64,000 nucleotides of DNA. Source: Clostridiaceae bacterium (GTDB lineage Bacteria > Bacillota > Clostridia > Saccharofermentanales > DTU023). Of the stretch, positions 27,743 to 37,282 are shown piece after piece (within the stretch, counting starts at the first letter, position 1; every line of letters starts with the position of its first letter). Where the stretch lies: NCBI GenBank assembly GCA_012799825.1, contig JAAZKK010000073.1:798-64797 (forward strand), read 5' to 3'. Under the pieces are notes generated by a model. That model saw only the letters and a program-made list of their open reading frames with translations. It was not told where the DNA came from and did no database searches. Made by a program: the position numbers and the translations under genes.

Positions 27743-30163
27743 TTACTGTTCCCCAAAATAAACTTGTATCACTTCTCCGCGCAAAACGCGCCCCGCCATA
27801 TTTTCCCTTTCAGACTCGGTATGTCTCGAAGGCGCTCCTGCCGGATCCTGTCCGTCATCTGCGGGAACCGGACTTTCCATAGGAAGAATGCTCTGCCCTG
27901 TCGCCTTGCCTTGAGGCGCGCCAACCGGAAGGATAGCAACACCGGCTTCGGCGGCAAGATAAATACATTCGTGGTATGTTCTTCCACGAAAATCAGGCAC
28001 AGCTATTAATTCTACTCCATTTGCATTGTCAGGGTAAAGCCAGACTGTCGAGCCGTACCCGACTTGTGAACCCGGCGCCGGCAATTGGCAAGCGCAGGGG
28101 CTATCCAAGAAAAAAGCATCTTCAGGTACAACCGGATTCAAATTCGTTTGTTGTAAACGGCGCGCCGCCTCGCGGATTGTCATGCCTTCATAATTCTCGA
28201 GTGTTAACGTTTCTGAAAGTGACTGCACCTCTTCAGTGGAATAACTTTGTAATAAGCCGACATGGTTAAGCACGCGTGAAGCGACACGCGTCGCGCAATG
28301 TGCCGCCAGTCGGCTGGAGACATCGGTTTCTGCCTTCCTAAGCGTAATCAAAGCCACATAGCGCGGCTGATCCGACGGAAAGAGGCAGACAAAGGAACAT
28401 GTCAGATGTACGATCTCTTCCGGTTCTTCCTGCTCGCCTTCCGCTGTCTCGGAAGGAAGAACATACTCAATATCGGTCGCAGTGCCCGTTTTACCCGCCA
28501 TAGAAAAACCCATGGCACCAAATGTGTTCGTCGCTGTTCCCTTTGTCAGGACGTCTTCCATCATGGAGCGCACACTCGCGCACGTCTCGCTCGACAACAT
28601 ATGCTCATTCATTTTGATATCAAACGGCATCATCGACTCAATCTGCTCTTCTGTCGTTCCAATTGCTATACGCGGTGTCACCAAATGACCGCCATTGCCG
28701 ATCATAGCAAAAAAACGCGCCATCTGGATCGCTGAAAATGAAGATGACTCGCCAAAACAAAGGTTGGCAAAGTCAATGGGCATTGGGTTGGCATGCATAA
28801 TGCCGCGCGCTTCACCCGGTAAATCCAATCCAGTCGTACCGGACAGGCCGAGTCTGTGAATCCAGTCATAATACGTTTCCATACCGATTTCATTGGCTAA
28901 TCTGACGAAAACGGGGTTGCAGGATCGGTAAAAACCCTCGCGAAGTGTTTCTGAACCATGACCGCCCTCTGCAGCACAGCGTATAGGTATACCTTGAACG
29001 GTAACAGTTTCATCTGAAAACAAAGTGTCCTCCGTCGCCGACGCGGTCTCAAGGCCGATGGCCAACGTAACACCTTTGAAAACGGAACCCGGTTCATACA
29101 AATCTATAACGTTGATGTTGTTCCAAAGATTAGAAGAAAGATAGGCGAGTTTTTCCTCCTCGGACAACGACTTCCACGCATCTTCTGTAAAACCGAGCGG
29201 CAAAGCGGCAGGGTCATCTAGCTCAAAAGAACTGATTTGCTCCATAGCCAACACATCACCCGAATGCACATCGAGCACAATGCCCTGTACACCGGCTCTC
29301 AGGCCGGCAGCAGCCGCCATAGAAAGCAATTCTTCGCGCAGGATGCGCTCTACTTCCAAGTCAAGTGACGTTACTAGATGTTGACTTTCCTTGATGGGAC
29401 GCGAAACCGTCGCCGAAAAGGGCACGATTCCGCGTGAACCATAATTGTTGTGACGTGCATACGTATATCCGGCATGACCGGATAGCAGCTCATCATACTG
29501 CGCCTCCAAACCGGACACTCCGGTCAACCTGCCGTCTTCTTGTATAGTCATACCGATCACTTGAGAACCGAGCAATCCGTTGTTATAAACGCGTTGTTCT
29601 TCCGAGTCAAAGCGAAAACCGCCGACATGGTTCTCGTTGAGCCAGACGCGCAGTGATTCAGCGACTTCCTCTTTGACACCGGCGGCGATTTGAACATATG
29701 TCACAGGACGCCTTTCGTTCATATAATTTTTCAGACCACGCCACCCCTTGGATCGGTCGGTGAGAACCGCCTCTTGAAGTGTCGCGCTCTTTTCGTCGCT
29801 AAGATCTAATGTCTCTGCCATCTTGTCGACAATCTCTTTTACGGACACGCTCTTTGACCATGAGTAAACATCGGACGGCGTCATACCGATCCGATAAGTG
29901 TACGTTGAAAGGACCAATGGATATCCTTTGCGATCGAGAATCATCCCGCGCTTCGGAACTTGGGCACCCGTCATGAATTGTTGTTCGGCCGCTTTAGCAG
30001 CGAGCGCGTCATGCTGAACAATCTGAACGTTATAAATCTGAAGGGTTACCAACAGCGCGACAACAAAAAAAACAAGCGTTACATAGACCAGCTTGCGATT
30101 GAAGCGTCTCTCTGCAATCGATGTAGCACGTTTCGCTTGATTTTTGTTATTGCCACGCTTCAT
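27743..30163 (-). CDS. class B penicillin-binding protein (FtsI/PBP2B/SpoVD-like) with C-terminal PASTA repeats
   Basis: N-terminal TM helix and the transpeptidase motifs SVFK, SCN and KTGTA. Two PASTA-like segments sit near the C-terminus. Confidence 0.9.
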   Translation of the reverse strand: MKRGNNKNQAKRATSIAERRFNRKLVYVTLVFFVVALLVTLQIYNVQIVQHDALAAKAAEQQFMTGAQVPKRGMILDRKGYPLVLSTYTYRIGMTPSDVYSWSKSVSVKEIVDKMAETLDLSDEKSATLQEAVLTDRSKGWRGLKNYMNERRPVTYVQIAAGVKEEVAESLRVWLNENHVGGFRFDSEEQRVYNNGLLGSQVIGMTIQEDGRLTGVSGLEAQYDELLSGHAGYTYARHNNYGSRGIVPFSATVSRPIKESQHLVTSLDLEVERILREELLSMAAAAGLRAGVQGIVLDVHSGDVLAMEQISSFELDDPAALPLGFTEDAWKSLSEEEKLAYLSSNLWNNINVIDLYEPGSVFKGVTLAIGLETASATEDTLFSDETVTVQGIPIRCAAEGGHGSETLREGFYRSCNPVFVRLANEIGMETYYDWIHRLGLSGTTGLDLPGEARGIMHANPMPIDFANLCFGESSSFSAIQMARFFAMIGNGGHLVTPRIAIGTTEEQIESMMPFDIKMNEHMLSSETCASVRSMMEDVLTKGTATNTFGAMGFSMAGKTGTATDIEYVLPSETAEGEQEEPEEIVHLTCSFVCLFPSDQPRYVALITLRKAETDVSSRLAAHCATRVASRVLNHVGLLQSYSTEEVQSLSETLTLENYEGMTIREAARRLQQTNLNPVVPEDAFFLDSPCACQLPAPGSQVGYGSTVWLYPDNANGVELIAVPDFRGRTYHECIYLAAEAGVAILPVGAPQGKATGQSILPMESPVPADDGQDPAGAPSRHTESERENMAGRVLRGEVIQVYFGEQ

Positions 30164-30320
30164 ACGATATCTCTTTGATATTAAAAATACGCCATCTCAC
30201 ATTGTTTATCGACCTCCGCCTCGGACGGAGACGATGACGAACGTATAAAGACTTCTCTATACTGTTAAGACTGTGAGCGAGGAGGTAAACAAATGCCTCC
30301 CGCCTTCAGTCGTCAGAGCG

Positions 30321-30842
30321 CTAACGCCCCAGAACCCATTGTTCGATAATTTCCGAATTGTCATTCGCTGAGCCAAGTGCCGATAAGGCGCCGAGCGTGC
30401 GATTCGATTCTTCCAAATGAACCATCGCGTCCGACGAAGCTTTTTGCATACCGAGCGTAGCCGAAGCCCGCTCTTCAATCGCTTGTAGCGACGTCTTAGA
30501 AGAAAGCTGATCATATACAATGCTGCTCTCTTTTTTGTACTCGCCGATCTGACGCCTAAGACCTGTGTTGTAAAAGCTCATTTCGGCGATTTTAGCGCTT
30601 CGCCATGCGATGAAGCTGGCAGCTACGAGCACGATAAGAAAGACAGAAAAAAGTCGACGAAGCAACTTGGCACGCATCTTTCCCGCGCTGTAATAATCAT
30701 TAAGCACCGCCTCGTTGTGCTGATCTCTTTGAGTCTTAGTTTTCTTGTCGACGCGTTCGATATCCGGCATCGGGTAGTTGATTGCAGGCGTATGACGATG
30801 CAATTGACGCGCTAAATTTCCTTCATCATATCGACTTTTCAT
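30321..30842 (-). CDS. ftsL: cell division protein FtsL (septum formation initiator-like)
   Basis: ATG at 30842, 1 nt after the rsmH stop. It has a single TM helix (LFSVFLIVLVAASFIAW) followed by a coiled coil, and lies between rsmH and the PBP. The track ORF over-extends by 68 codons. Confidence 0.65.
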   Translation of the reverse strand: MKSRYDEGNLARQLHRHTPAINYPMPDIERVDKKTKTQRDQHNEAVLNDYYSAGKMRAKLLRRLFSVFLIVLVAASFIAWRSAKIAEMSFYNTGLRRQIGEYKKESSIVYDQLSSKTSLQAIEERASATLGMQKASSDAMVHLEESNRTLGALSALGSANDNSEIIEQWVLGR

Positions 30843-30843
30843 A

Positions 30844-31800
30844 TTACCTCTCCTTAAACTTAAAGGCGCGCAACCTGGCGCTGCGAGACCTCGGGTTATT
30901 CTCTTTTTCACGATCTCCTGCAACGATAGACTGTCGTTGCACGGCGCGACCCAACGGTTTTTTACCACACACGCAGGGCAAATCGGATGGACATTCACAA
31001 GGGTGCTCCCATCGCCGCATCGCCTGCTTGACCATGCGGTCATCAATCGAATGAAAGCTAATAATTACAACACGTCCGCCTGATGCCATGATGTCAGGTA
31101 TTGTCTCTAAAAGCGTTGACAGCTCGTCATATTCGTGATTTACGGCCATCCTTACCGCTTGAAAAACGCGTCTGGCAGGGTGTCCGCTACGTCTTGCTTT
31201 GGGCGGTACTGCTTGTGAGACAATTTCCGCCAGTTTCCCCGTCGTTCGAATCGGCATTTCACGTCGAGCATGGACGATCGCGCGTGCGATCCTTGCGGCA
31301 TATTGTTCTTCTCCATAAGCTCGAAAAACACACGTCAATTCATCTTGTGTCAATGTCGCGATCAGCTTTTCCGCCGTCTCCTCTTGTGACCTGTCCATCC
31401 GCATATCCAATGGTCCGTCATGCAGGTAAGAGAATCCTCGCTTCGGATTATCAAGCTGATGGGAGCTCACTCCGAGATCCGCTAAAAGTCCATTTACTTT
31501 CCCGCGGTCTTCCTCAGGCAGCCAGTCGGCTAACGCAGAAAAGGGAGCTACCACCGTTCTAAATTGCCCTGTCGCTTTGAGTGCAAATAGGCGCTCCTCA
31601 CATATCCTTACAGAGGTAGCGTCACGATCTGCCGCGTAGAGCCTTCCATTATCCCCAAGTTTTTTAAGTATCTCCGCGCTGTGTCCTCCGCCTCCGCAGG
31701 TCAGATCCAAGTAAAGCCCATTTTTCTTAACATCAAGTGCTTCCATCGTTTCCTCTACGAGGACAGGCGTATGCCACGCATTAAAGTCCCGGAATGTCAT
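30844..31800 (-). CDS. rsmH: 16S rRNA (cytosine1402-N4)-methyltransferase RsmH
   Basis: HTPVLVEE, DLTCGGGGHS, LADLGVSSHQLD, and SFHSIDDRMVK. The ATG at 31800 was chosen. Confidence 0.9.
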   Translation of the reverse strand: MTFRDFNAWHTPVLVEETMEALDVKKNGLYLDLTCGGGGHSAEILKKLGDNGRLYAADRDATSVRICEERLFALKATGQFRTVVAPFSALADWLPEEDRGKVNGLLADLGVSSHQLDNPKRGFSYLHDGPLDMRMDRSQEETAEKLIATLTQDELTCVFRAYGEEQYAARIARAIVHARREMPIRTTGKLAEIVSQAVPPKARRSGHPARRVFQAVRMAVNHEYDELSTLLETIPDIMASGGRVVIISFHSIDDRMVKQAMRRWEHPCECPSDLPCVCGKKPLGRAVQRQSIVAGDREKENNPRSRSARLRAFKFKER

Positions 31801-32215
31801 ATTTAGAAAGATCCATCTCAGCAAGCGACTTGGAGGCTTGCATGTGCTGTTCAAAGAATGCGGAAGAGCAAATCTCAATCTTGGAGAAAACGTCGATGAA
31901 GCATGCTTCTTCTCCCGGCGAAACACCGATGTGCTCCCAAAGGAAAGCCGGCACCATGATGCGACCCTGAGCATCAAACTCACACAAGTTCGCCGATCCG
32001 AGGATGCGACGCCTCATCAAGCGTATGCTGACATCCGTCGCGGAAAGGCTCAAAATCTTTGACTTGAGTTCTTCAAATTGATCCGGCGAGTAAGCAGCAA
32101 GAAACCCGTCATCCACACTCTCCGTCACAACCAAGGCGCCATCAAGCTTCTCCCGCAATTTCACGGGAACAATGACTCGTCCTTTCCGATCTATGGTGTG
32201 TGTATAGCGTGCCAC
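31781..32215 (-). CDS. mraZ: transcriptional regulator MraZ
   Basis: Two SpoVT/AbrB-like halves carrying DxxGR motifs (IDRKGRVIVP and FDAQGRIMVP). The GTG at 32215 was chosen, with ggagga 10 nt upstream. The rest of the 194-aa track ORF is an AT-rich leader read-through. Confidence 0.8.
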   Translation of the reverse strand: MARYTHTIDRKGRVIVPVKLREKLDGALVVTESVDDGFLAAYSPDQFEELKSKILSLSATDVSIRLMRRRILGSANLCEFDAQGRIMVPAFLWEHIGVSPGEEACFIDVFSKIEICSSAFFEQHMQASKSLAEMDLSKYDIPGL

Positions 32216-32264
32216 GTGACGTTTTCCTCCAAAAGCTCTCCTAAGTGAAGCTATATTAACATAA

Positions 32265-32306
32265 AACCCCACTTTTGTGTTAGAAAACACCCTAAAAACC
32301 CACCTA
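32265..32306 (-). promoter_or_regulatory. candidate MraZ operator: three GTGGG-like boxes in the mraZ leader
   Basis: On the minus strand: GGTGGG (32304-32299), AGGGTG (32293-32288) and GTGGGG (32272-32267). Spacings are 11 and 21 nt, so they are roughly helically phased. A TTGACA at 32385-32380 lies upstream. Confidence 0.35.
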
Positions 32307-32643
32307 TTTTCAACTAAAAACAAAAAAATAATGAAAATCACTTTAATTTCTTCAAAAATTTGCACTTATTAACTGCCATTGTCAAAAATTGAGCAAGCTT
32401 TTCCTATCAAGATGCTCATTGCGAATCAGGCTCTCATTTCAGGTGGACTAAGCGAGAAAGACAGATAAGCAAAACAACCCACACAAACCAGAGAAGTCAT
32501 TTACGGCTTCTGAAAACAGTAATCGTCATGTTTATGTGGGAAGATGTTGAATATCTGTTAGTTATTAACCCGATAGGGTTCTTACCTTTGAAGGTATGGT
32601 TGTTTTTCAATCACTAGAGTTCGTTACATCGACAAAAAATGTT

Positions 32644-32913
32644 TCATTCACTGAAGCCAGAATTTATCAACGCTACCAAGCTATCTACTGCCACTTGCTC
32701 ATCATTACCATCAGCAAGGATCTGCACTACATCTCCCTTTGCAAAGGCCTTTGATAATATCATAACAATGGACTTAGCGTTAACAGCATCCTTCTCATCG
32801 AACCTTTTGATCTGTATTTTAGCATCATATTTCTTCGCTTCAGCAACAAATTCCGCTGCAGGTCTTGCATGCAGTCCAGAAGGGTTTATTATGACGCTTT
32901 CCTTTGAATACAT
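32644..32913 (-). CDS. HPr-family phosphocarrier protein
   Basis: 89 aa. His15 sits in the SGLHARPAA context, and a KSI serine lies at position 48 (the Ser46 equivalent). Confidence 0.85.
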   Translation of the reverse strand: MYSKESVIINPSGLHARPAAEFVAEAKKYDAKIQIKRFDEKDAVNAKSIVMILSKAFAKGDVVQILADGNDEQVAVDSLVALINSGFSE

Positions 32914-33188
32914 GGATTAATACCTCCTCGAAAAGTCAATCCTGTACAGAGGCAGCCAACAGTAGCGCCTCTGTTTCCTTACAAGACACACTGGCACACA
33001 CCTGTGCACCCAGATGTTCAAGATTTTCATCTTTAGCTTCACTTCCACGCCGAGGATATTCTCCGTTTCATAGTGAAAAGGTGTGAAGCTAAAAGGTGTG
33101 AACTGATAGGCAGATCCCACAGCATACCCATATGAAACACCCTGACCTGATATAATCTTTGAAGAATTGTCCTCCTATTAGCACGTGA

Positions 33189-33920
33189 TTACGGACGTTT
33201 TATAAGTTTGATATATAACCGATAACGATCTCCACGCGTTAAAGAACAACCATATTCCACCAGTCGACCCTGTTTGTCTGAAACTTTTCTCTGGTTTCTG
33301 CTTAACGGATACCCTACGGGAACGTTCAAAAGCGCAGCTTCATATACTCCTGCACTACAGACTTCTACGATTTCTTCCCCTGACTCAAAATCTACTCCAT
33401 GACTTTCCATTATTTCATAAAGAGAACAACTTGAAAAATCTGTTGACTTCCAATCCATACGCTCATGGACGTGACTTGGTAAATATGATGTCGTCAATAT
33501 AGTGGGAACCTCATCGATATAGCGCACGCGTTGAATCCGGAGAACAGGTTCACTATCCATTTCCATGTTGTTTTGTAGTTCCTCGTCAGGAATGATAAGT
33601 TCTACCGAAATCACAACTGCACGCATCGTAATTCCGCGCTTTTGGGCATCTTTGGTGAAGCTTTGAAGTACTGCTTGGCAATCCTCATAGCTGTTGTTTG
33701 CCACAAAAGTGCCTCGGCCTTGATGCTTGGTAACATATCCTTCGGTTTGCAGTTCACTAATAGCCGTACGAATGGTTGTGCGGCTTACTTGGTAGATGGA
33801 TTCCAGCTCCGCCTCAGTAGGAAGAAGATCTCCTGGACGCAATTCGTTTTCTTCAATCAACGCCAATATTGATGTTTTTACCTGCTGATACAGTGGTTTA
33901 TCTTCCTTTTTTGTTGCCAT
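33189..33920 (-). CDS. GntR-family transcriptional regulator, HutC/FarR subfamily (wHTH + UTRA)
   Basis: PLYQQVKTSILALIEENELRPGDLLPTEAELESIYQVSRTTIRTAISELQTEGYV, followed by a UTRA-length effector domain of about 150 aa. Confidence 0.85.
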   Translation of the reverse strand: MATKKEDKPLYQQVKTSILALIEENELRPGDLLPTEAELESIYQVSRTTIRTAISELQTEGYVTKHQGRGTFVANNSYEDCQAVLQSFTKDAQKRGITMRAVVISVELIIPDEELQNNMEMDSEPVLRIQRVRYIDEVPTILTTSYLPSHVHERMDWKSTDFSSCSLYEIMESHGVDFESGEEIVEVCSAGVYEAALLNVPVGYPLSRNQRKVSDKQGRLVEYGCSLTRGDRYRLYIKLIKRP

Positions 33921-34039
33921 TTACGCTGCTTCCTTTATGATATAAATCGAATTTTAGAGTACCGCACTTATATTTCAAGGTACAATTCTTTCAGTTGCAA
34001 AATCGCAATGAGTTCACTATTTGTGCTCATACTATCCAA

Positions 34040-34975
34040 TTAATTTAGCTCGCAATATGCTTTTGCCAACAATGCAGACACGCGTACGTTACTGCGAACA
34101 ATTTCAATATTTCTAGCTAAACTGGTGCCCTTAGTGTAATCGCAGACTTTATGCAGCAGATAAGGGGTGTTGTCTTCTCCGCTAATTCCTTCGATCTTCG
34201 CCTGCTCCACAGCAAGCTGAATCACCTTTTCCAGCTTATCGCCATCCAATTCGAATTCTTCCGGAATAGGATTTGATACTACAACGCCACCGTGAAATCC
34301 AATTTCCCATTTGGCATGTAGAAATTTGGCGACATCTTCTACTTTATCAATTCGATAATCTGTTCTAAAACGGCTCGTTCGCGAAAAGAAAGCCGGAAAG
34401 CTGTCCACTCCCATACTAATAACGGGAACATCCTTTGTTTCCAGAACTTCCTTTGTTCTGCCAATATCAAGAATCGGCTTACAGCCTGCACAGACCACAG
34501 CGACACTCGTCTTGCCCAGCTCTTCAAGATCCGCGGAAACATCCATCGTAAATTGACCGTCGCGACTTACTCCGCCAAGTCCACCCGTCGCCATAATGCG
34601 GATCCCTGCCATGGACGCAACCCGCACTCCTGCAGCAATGGTAAAACCTGCATTCAAACCGTTGATAACCGCGTAAGGAATCCCCTTTACAGAAGCTTTC
34701 ATGGTCTTAGTTTCAGGATGATCTTTACGGTTCGTAAAACACGCAATCATATCCTCTGTCATGCCAACCGTCACGTGTCCGCGATATACGCCGATGGTGG
34801 CCGGTACAGCACCGTTTTCACGTACAACCTTTTCTGCCATTAAAGCAGTTTCTATATTAGATGGGTAGGGCATGCCGTGAGAAATGATGGAGGTCTCCAG
34901 CGCAACTACCGGGCGGTTTTCATCAAGGGCTGATTGCACCTCTTCACTTATAACAAAGCGTTCTTTCCAGTTCAC
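34040..34975 (-). CDS. psuG: pseudouridine-5'-phosphate glycosidase (PsuG/YeiN, IndA-like family)
   Basis: Close motif agreement with YeiN as I remember it: PVVALETSIISHGMPYP, GAVPATIG, ATGGLGGVSRDG...DVSADLEELGKTSVAVVCAGCKPILD, and GGVVVSNPIPEEF. Confidence 0.85.
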   Translation of the reverse strand: MNWKERFVISEEVQSALDENRPVVALETSIISHGMPYPSNIETALMAEKVVRENGAVPATIGVYRGHVTVGMTEDMIACFTNRKDHPETKTMKASVKGIPYAVINGLNAGFTIAAGVRVASMAGIRIMATGGLGGVSRDGQFTMDVSADLEELGKTSVAVVCAGCKPILDIGRTKEVLETKDVPVISMGVDSFPAFFSRTSRFRTDYRIDKVEDVAKFLHAKWEIGFHGGVVVSNPIPEEFELDGDKLEKVIQLAVEQAKIEGISGEDNTPYLLHKVCDYTKGTSLARNIEIVRSNVRVSALLAKAYCELN

Positions 34976-35064
34976 TTCTATTCACTCCTGCTGAAATTAA
35001 TCATTTGTGTAGCCCGCGGGCAGACAATCAATCCGACCGCGAAACTTCACAGTCACGATACTTA

Positions 35065-35910
35065 TCAAACTACCTTTATGATTGCAAGCAATCCTACTGT
35101 CGCCATCAAGATAAACATAACAACAAGTGGGCTGAGTTTCTTTTTGAACAATTTGTAACAGCCCAGCACGCACAACAGTGGTAGAAGTTTCGGCACCAAA
35201 GCATCCAGCAGCGTAGTCTGAAGTGAAATAGCACCTTCGCCTGTGCCGATGGAAATGGTCGTAGAGAGATTAACATAGCTTGCTGTCAACGCACCCATGA
35301 CGCAACATCCTACGATGCCAGCTGCAGAGATAATCGTGTTCATGAAACCGCCGTCCAGAATCTTGTTCACGGCGGAACGGCCAAATTTGTAACCAAGGTT
35401 GATCATAAAGATGGACTCTACGGCCATCCCGCCAACCATTAGAATAGCGGATACGAGAGCCCCCCAGGCACCTAGGCCGGAATCCAAAGTTAGGCTGACG
35501 CCAATGGCAAGAAACAGTGTGTAAATGATGCCTTGATTGACCGTATCTCCAATACCGGCCAAAGGACCCATCAGACCAGCTTTGATGGATGAGATCGCCT
35601 CGGCGGGAACGACTTCATTGCCTTTTATGGCACGCTCTTCTTCCATAGCGATGATGATACCCAGCAACACAATGCCCAGATAAGGTTCGTTGTTATAGAA
35701 CTCCATGTGCCTCGTCATCGCTTCCGATAGTTCTTTTTTATCCTTGTAGAGTTTAGCTAGAATGTGGGTGATAGCGTTGGTAAAGCCAAGATTATGAAAA
35801 CGCTCGTAATTGCAGCACTGGAACTGCAGCAAATACATTTTGAACCACGACCACATAATATCACGCTTGGTCAAAACTCCGCTGGTAGTAGCAGTTATTT
35901 CTTTTTTCAT
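35065..35910 (-). CDS. PTS mannose/fructose/sorbose-family IID component
   Basis: The ATG at 35910 is preceded by aggagg. It has the IID-type N-terminus (WSWF...NYERFHNLGF) and a polytopic C-terminal half. Confidence 0.8.
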   Translation of the reverse strand: MKKEITATTSGVLTKRDIMWSWFKMYLLQFQCCNYERFHNLGFTNAITHILAKLYKDKKELSEAMTRHMEFYNNEPYLGIVLLGIIIAMEEERAIKGNEVVPAEAISSIKAGLMGPLAGIGDTVNQGIIYTLFLAIGVSLTLDSGLGAWGALVSAILMVGGMAVESIFMINLGYKFGRSAVNKILDGGFMNTIISAAGIVGCCVMGALTASYVNLSTTISIGTGEGAISLQTTLLDALVPKLLPLLCVLGCYKLFKKKLSPLVVMFILMATVGLLAIIKVV

Positions 35911-35923
35911 GGTCTTTTCCTCC

Positions 35924-36673
35924 TTACTCTGAAGTTTTTTTCGCAAGTTTCGGGATAACATGTAACGCTGCAATAATGAATGCAAAGAAGGCAACCGTCA
36001 GCGTATTCAATCCCATCGTTGCAACGAGAAGAAATCCCAAGAAGTAATACGGAATGAGACTTTTCTTGAGAATAAATGTCAGGGTCATCGCAATACCCAT
36101 GGCAGGAAGAACACCGCCAATAGTATTGATAATCCTGATGACCTTCTCACCTAAACCGCTATAAACAGAAGCGATCGCATCAGCGCCAAAGTATACAGCC
36201 AGCGTAGTGGGAACTGCCGTGATAAACAGAAGAGGAATCTGAGGGATCCATGTATTAATAATGTTAATGGCCCTTACCCGACCCTCTGCGCAAGCTTTAT
36301 CACCTATGTGCATAATAAATGTGTTGATTGTATTCCTGAGCGGCCACACCCAGGAAGCAATGAGACCAAGTGGAAGAGCCATAGCCAGCGCTGCGGCGGT
36401 ATCCATGTTGCCGGCAATGGCAAATGCTGTTGCCACAACACCTGCAAAAGTCGAGTCAGTCGTGGTCGCACCTCCAACCAGCATCCAGCCCATATAAATA
36501 AGCTGAATATTCGCGCCAATAACTGCGCCGGCAAGCGGGTTGCCCAAAATAATACCCACAATGGTTGCGCCGATAAATGGACGTGTAATCGTCAGCCAGC
36601 CATTCAGCAGAAATGAACTGCCACAGTAATAGGTGAGGCCAATGAGAATTGCCTGAAATAATGTAATATGCAT
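35924..36673 (-). CDS. PTS mannose/fructose/sorbose-family IIC component
   Basis: The ATG at 36673 was chosen. It is a polytopic protein of about 250 aa located between IIB and IID. Confidence 0.8.
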   Translation of the reverse strand: MHITLFQAILIGLTYYCGSSFLLNGWLTITRPFIGATIVGIILGNPLAGAVIGANIQLIYMGWMLVGGATTTDSTFAGVVATAFAIAGNMDTAAALAMALPLGLIASWVWPLRNTINTFIMHIGDKACAEGRVRAINIINTWIPQIPLLFITAVPTTLAVYFGADAIASVYSGLGEKVIRIINTIGGVLPAMGIAMTLTFILKKSLIPYYFLGFLLVATMGLNTLTVAFFAFIIAALHVIPKLAKKTSE

Positions 36674-36786
36674 AAAAACACCTCGTCTTAGACCGTACAC
36701 GGTCTACTGCTTTATTCAGTTTTTAGACTTTTCCGGAACACCTTTTAATAATTAAACTCAATGTCCGTATTGTTTTGTCTAGATCT

Positions 36787-37263
36787 TTAGATTTTAGCCA
36801 TTAAATCAACCGGTTTTTCGTTGGGCGTCATCTGTATAGTTGTCACAACACCGTTCGCCGCCAATCGTTTAAAAATTTCTGCTTCTTCCGATGAAATTGC
36901 AATATTTTTAAAAAGTCGTTTTCTCCCGGGTTTTGTCCCCATACCGCCCAAATTCAGTTTTGTGATCTTGATCCCTTTGCCCACTAAGGCCTCAACAGTG
37001 CTCGGATGACGCACAAGAATCATCAGCGCCTGTTCACGAAACTTGTCGCTTTTAAGGCTATCCGCGGCCATATCTACGGTCAGAACTTCAATCGCGACAT
37101 CCGCAGGCGCCGCCATCACGACTACCTTTTTCAAAAATTCATCCGCAAATACACCGTCGTCGACAAGAAGTATCCGATCGCAATGGATATTTCGCAACCA
37201 CTGCGTAACGACTTGACCGTGGATCATCCTCTCGTCGATACGCACTAACTGGATATTTGCCAC
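36787..37263 (-). CDS. PTS mannose-family IIB component
   Basis: Contains RIDERMIHGQV, the phosphorylatable His motif of Man-family IIB. 158 aa, GTG start with aggagg 9 nt upstream. Confidence 0.85.
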   Translation of the reverse strand: MANIQLVRIDERMIHGQVVTQWLRNIHCDRILLVDDGVFADEFLKKVVVMAAPADVAIEVLTVDMAADSLKSDKFREQALMILVRHPSTVEALVGKGIKITKLNLGGMGTKPGRKRLFKNIAISSEEAEIFKRLAANGVVTTIQMTPNEKPVDLMAKI

Positions 37264-37282
37264 GTCGCCACACCTCCTTTCT

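Noticed and set aside
32216-32365. 5' extensions of track ORFs that would add odd N-termini. Affected genes: mraZ (+50 codons), rsmH (+61), ftsL (+68), murG (+28), rsmD (+17), mraY (+16), PTS IID (+28), larE (+38), rbfA (+51), and the 10034 gene (+38).
   Set aside because: The extensions overlap upstream genes or AT-rich leaders and lack family-consistent sequence. Internal starts with good SD spacing reproduce the canonical N-termini.
32917-33120. 67-aa minus-strand ORF in the GntR-HPr spacer.
   Set aside because: No SD precedes its ATG, and the product is Cys/Trp/Arg-rich and non-protein-like. The region is better explained as regulatory DNA containing direct repeats and a hairpin.
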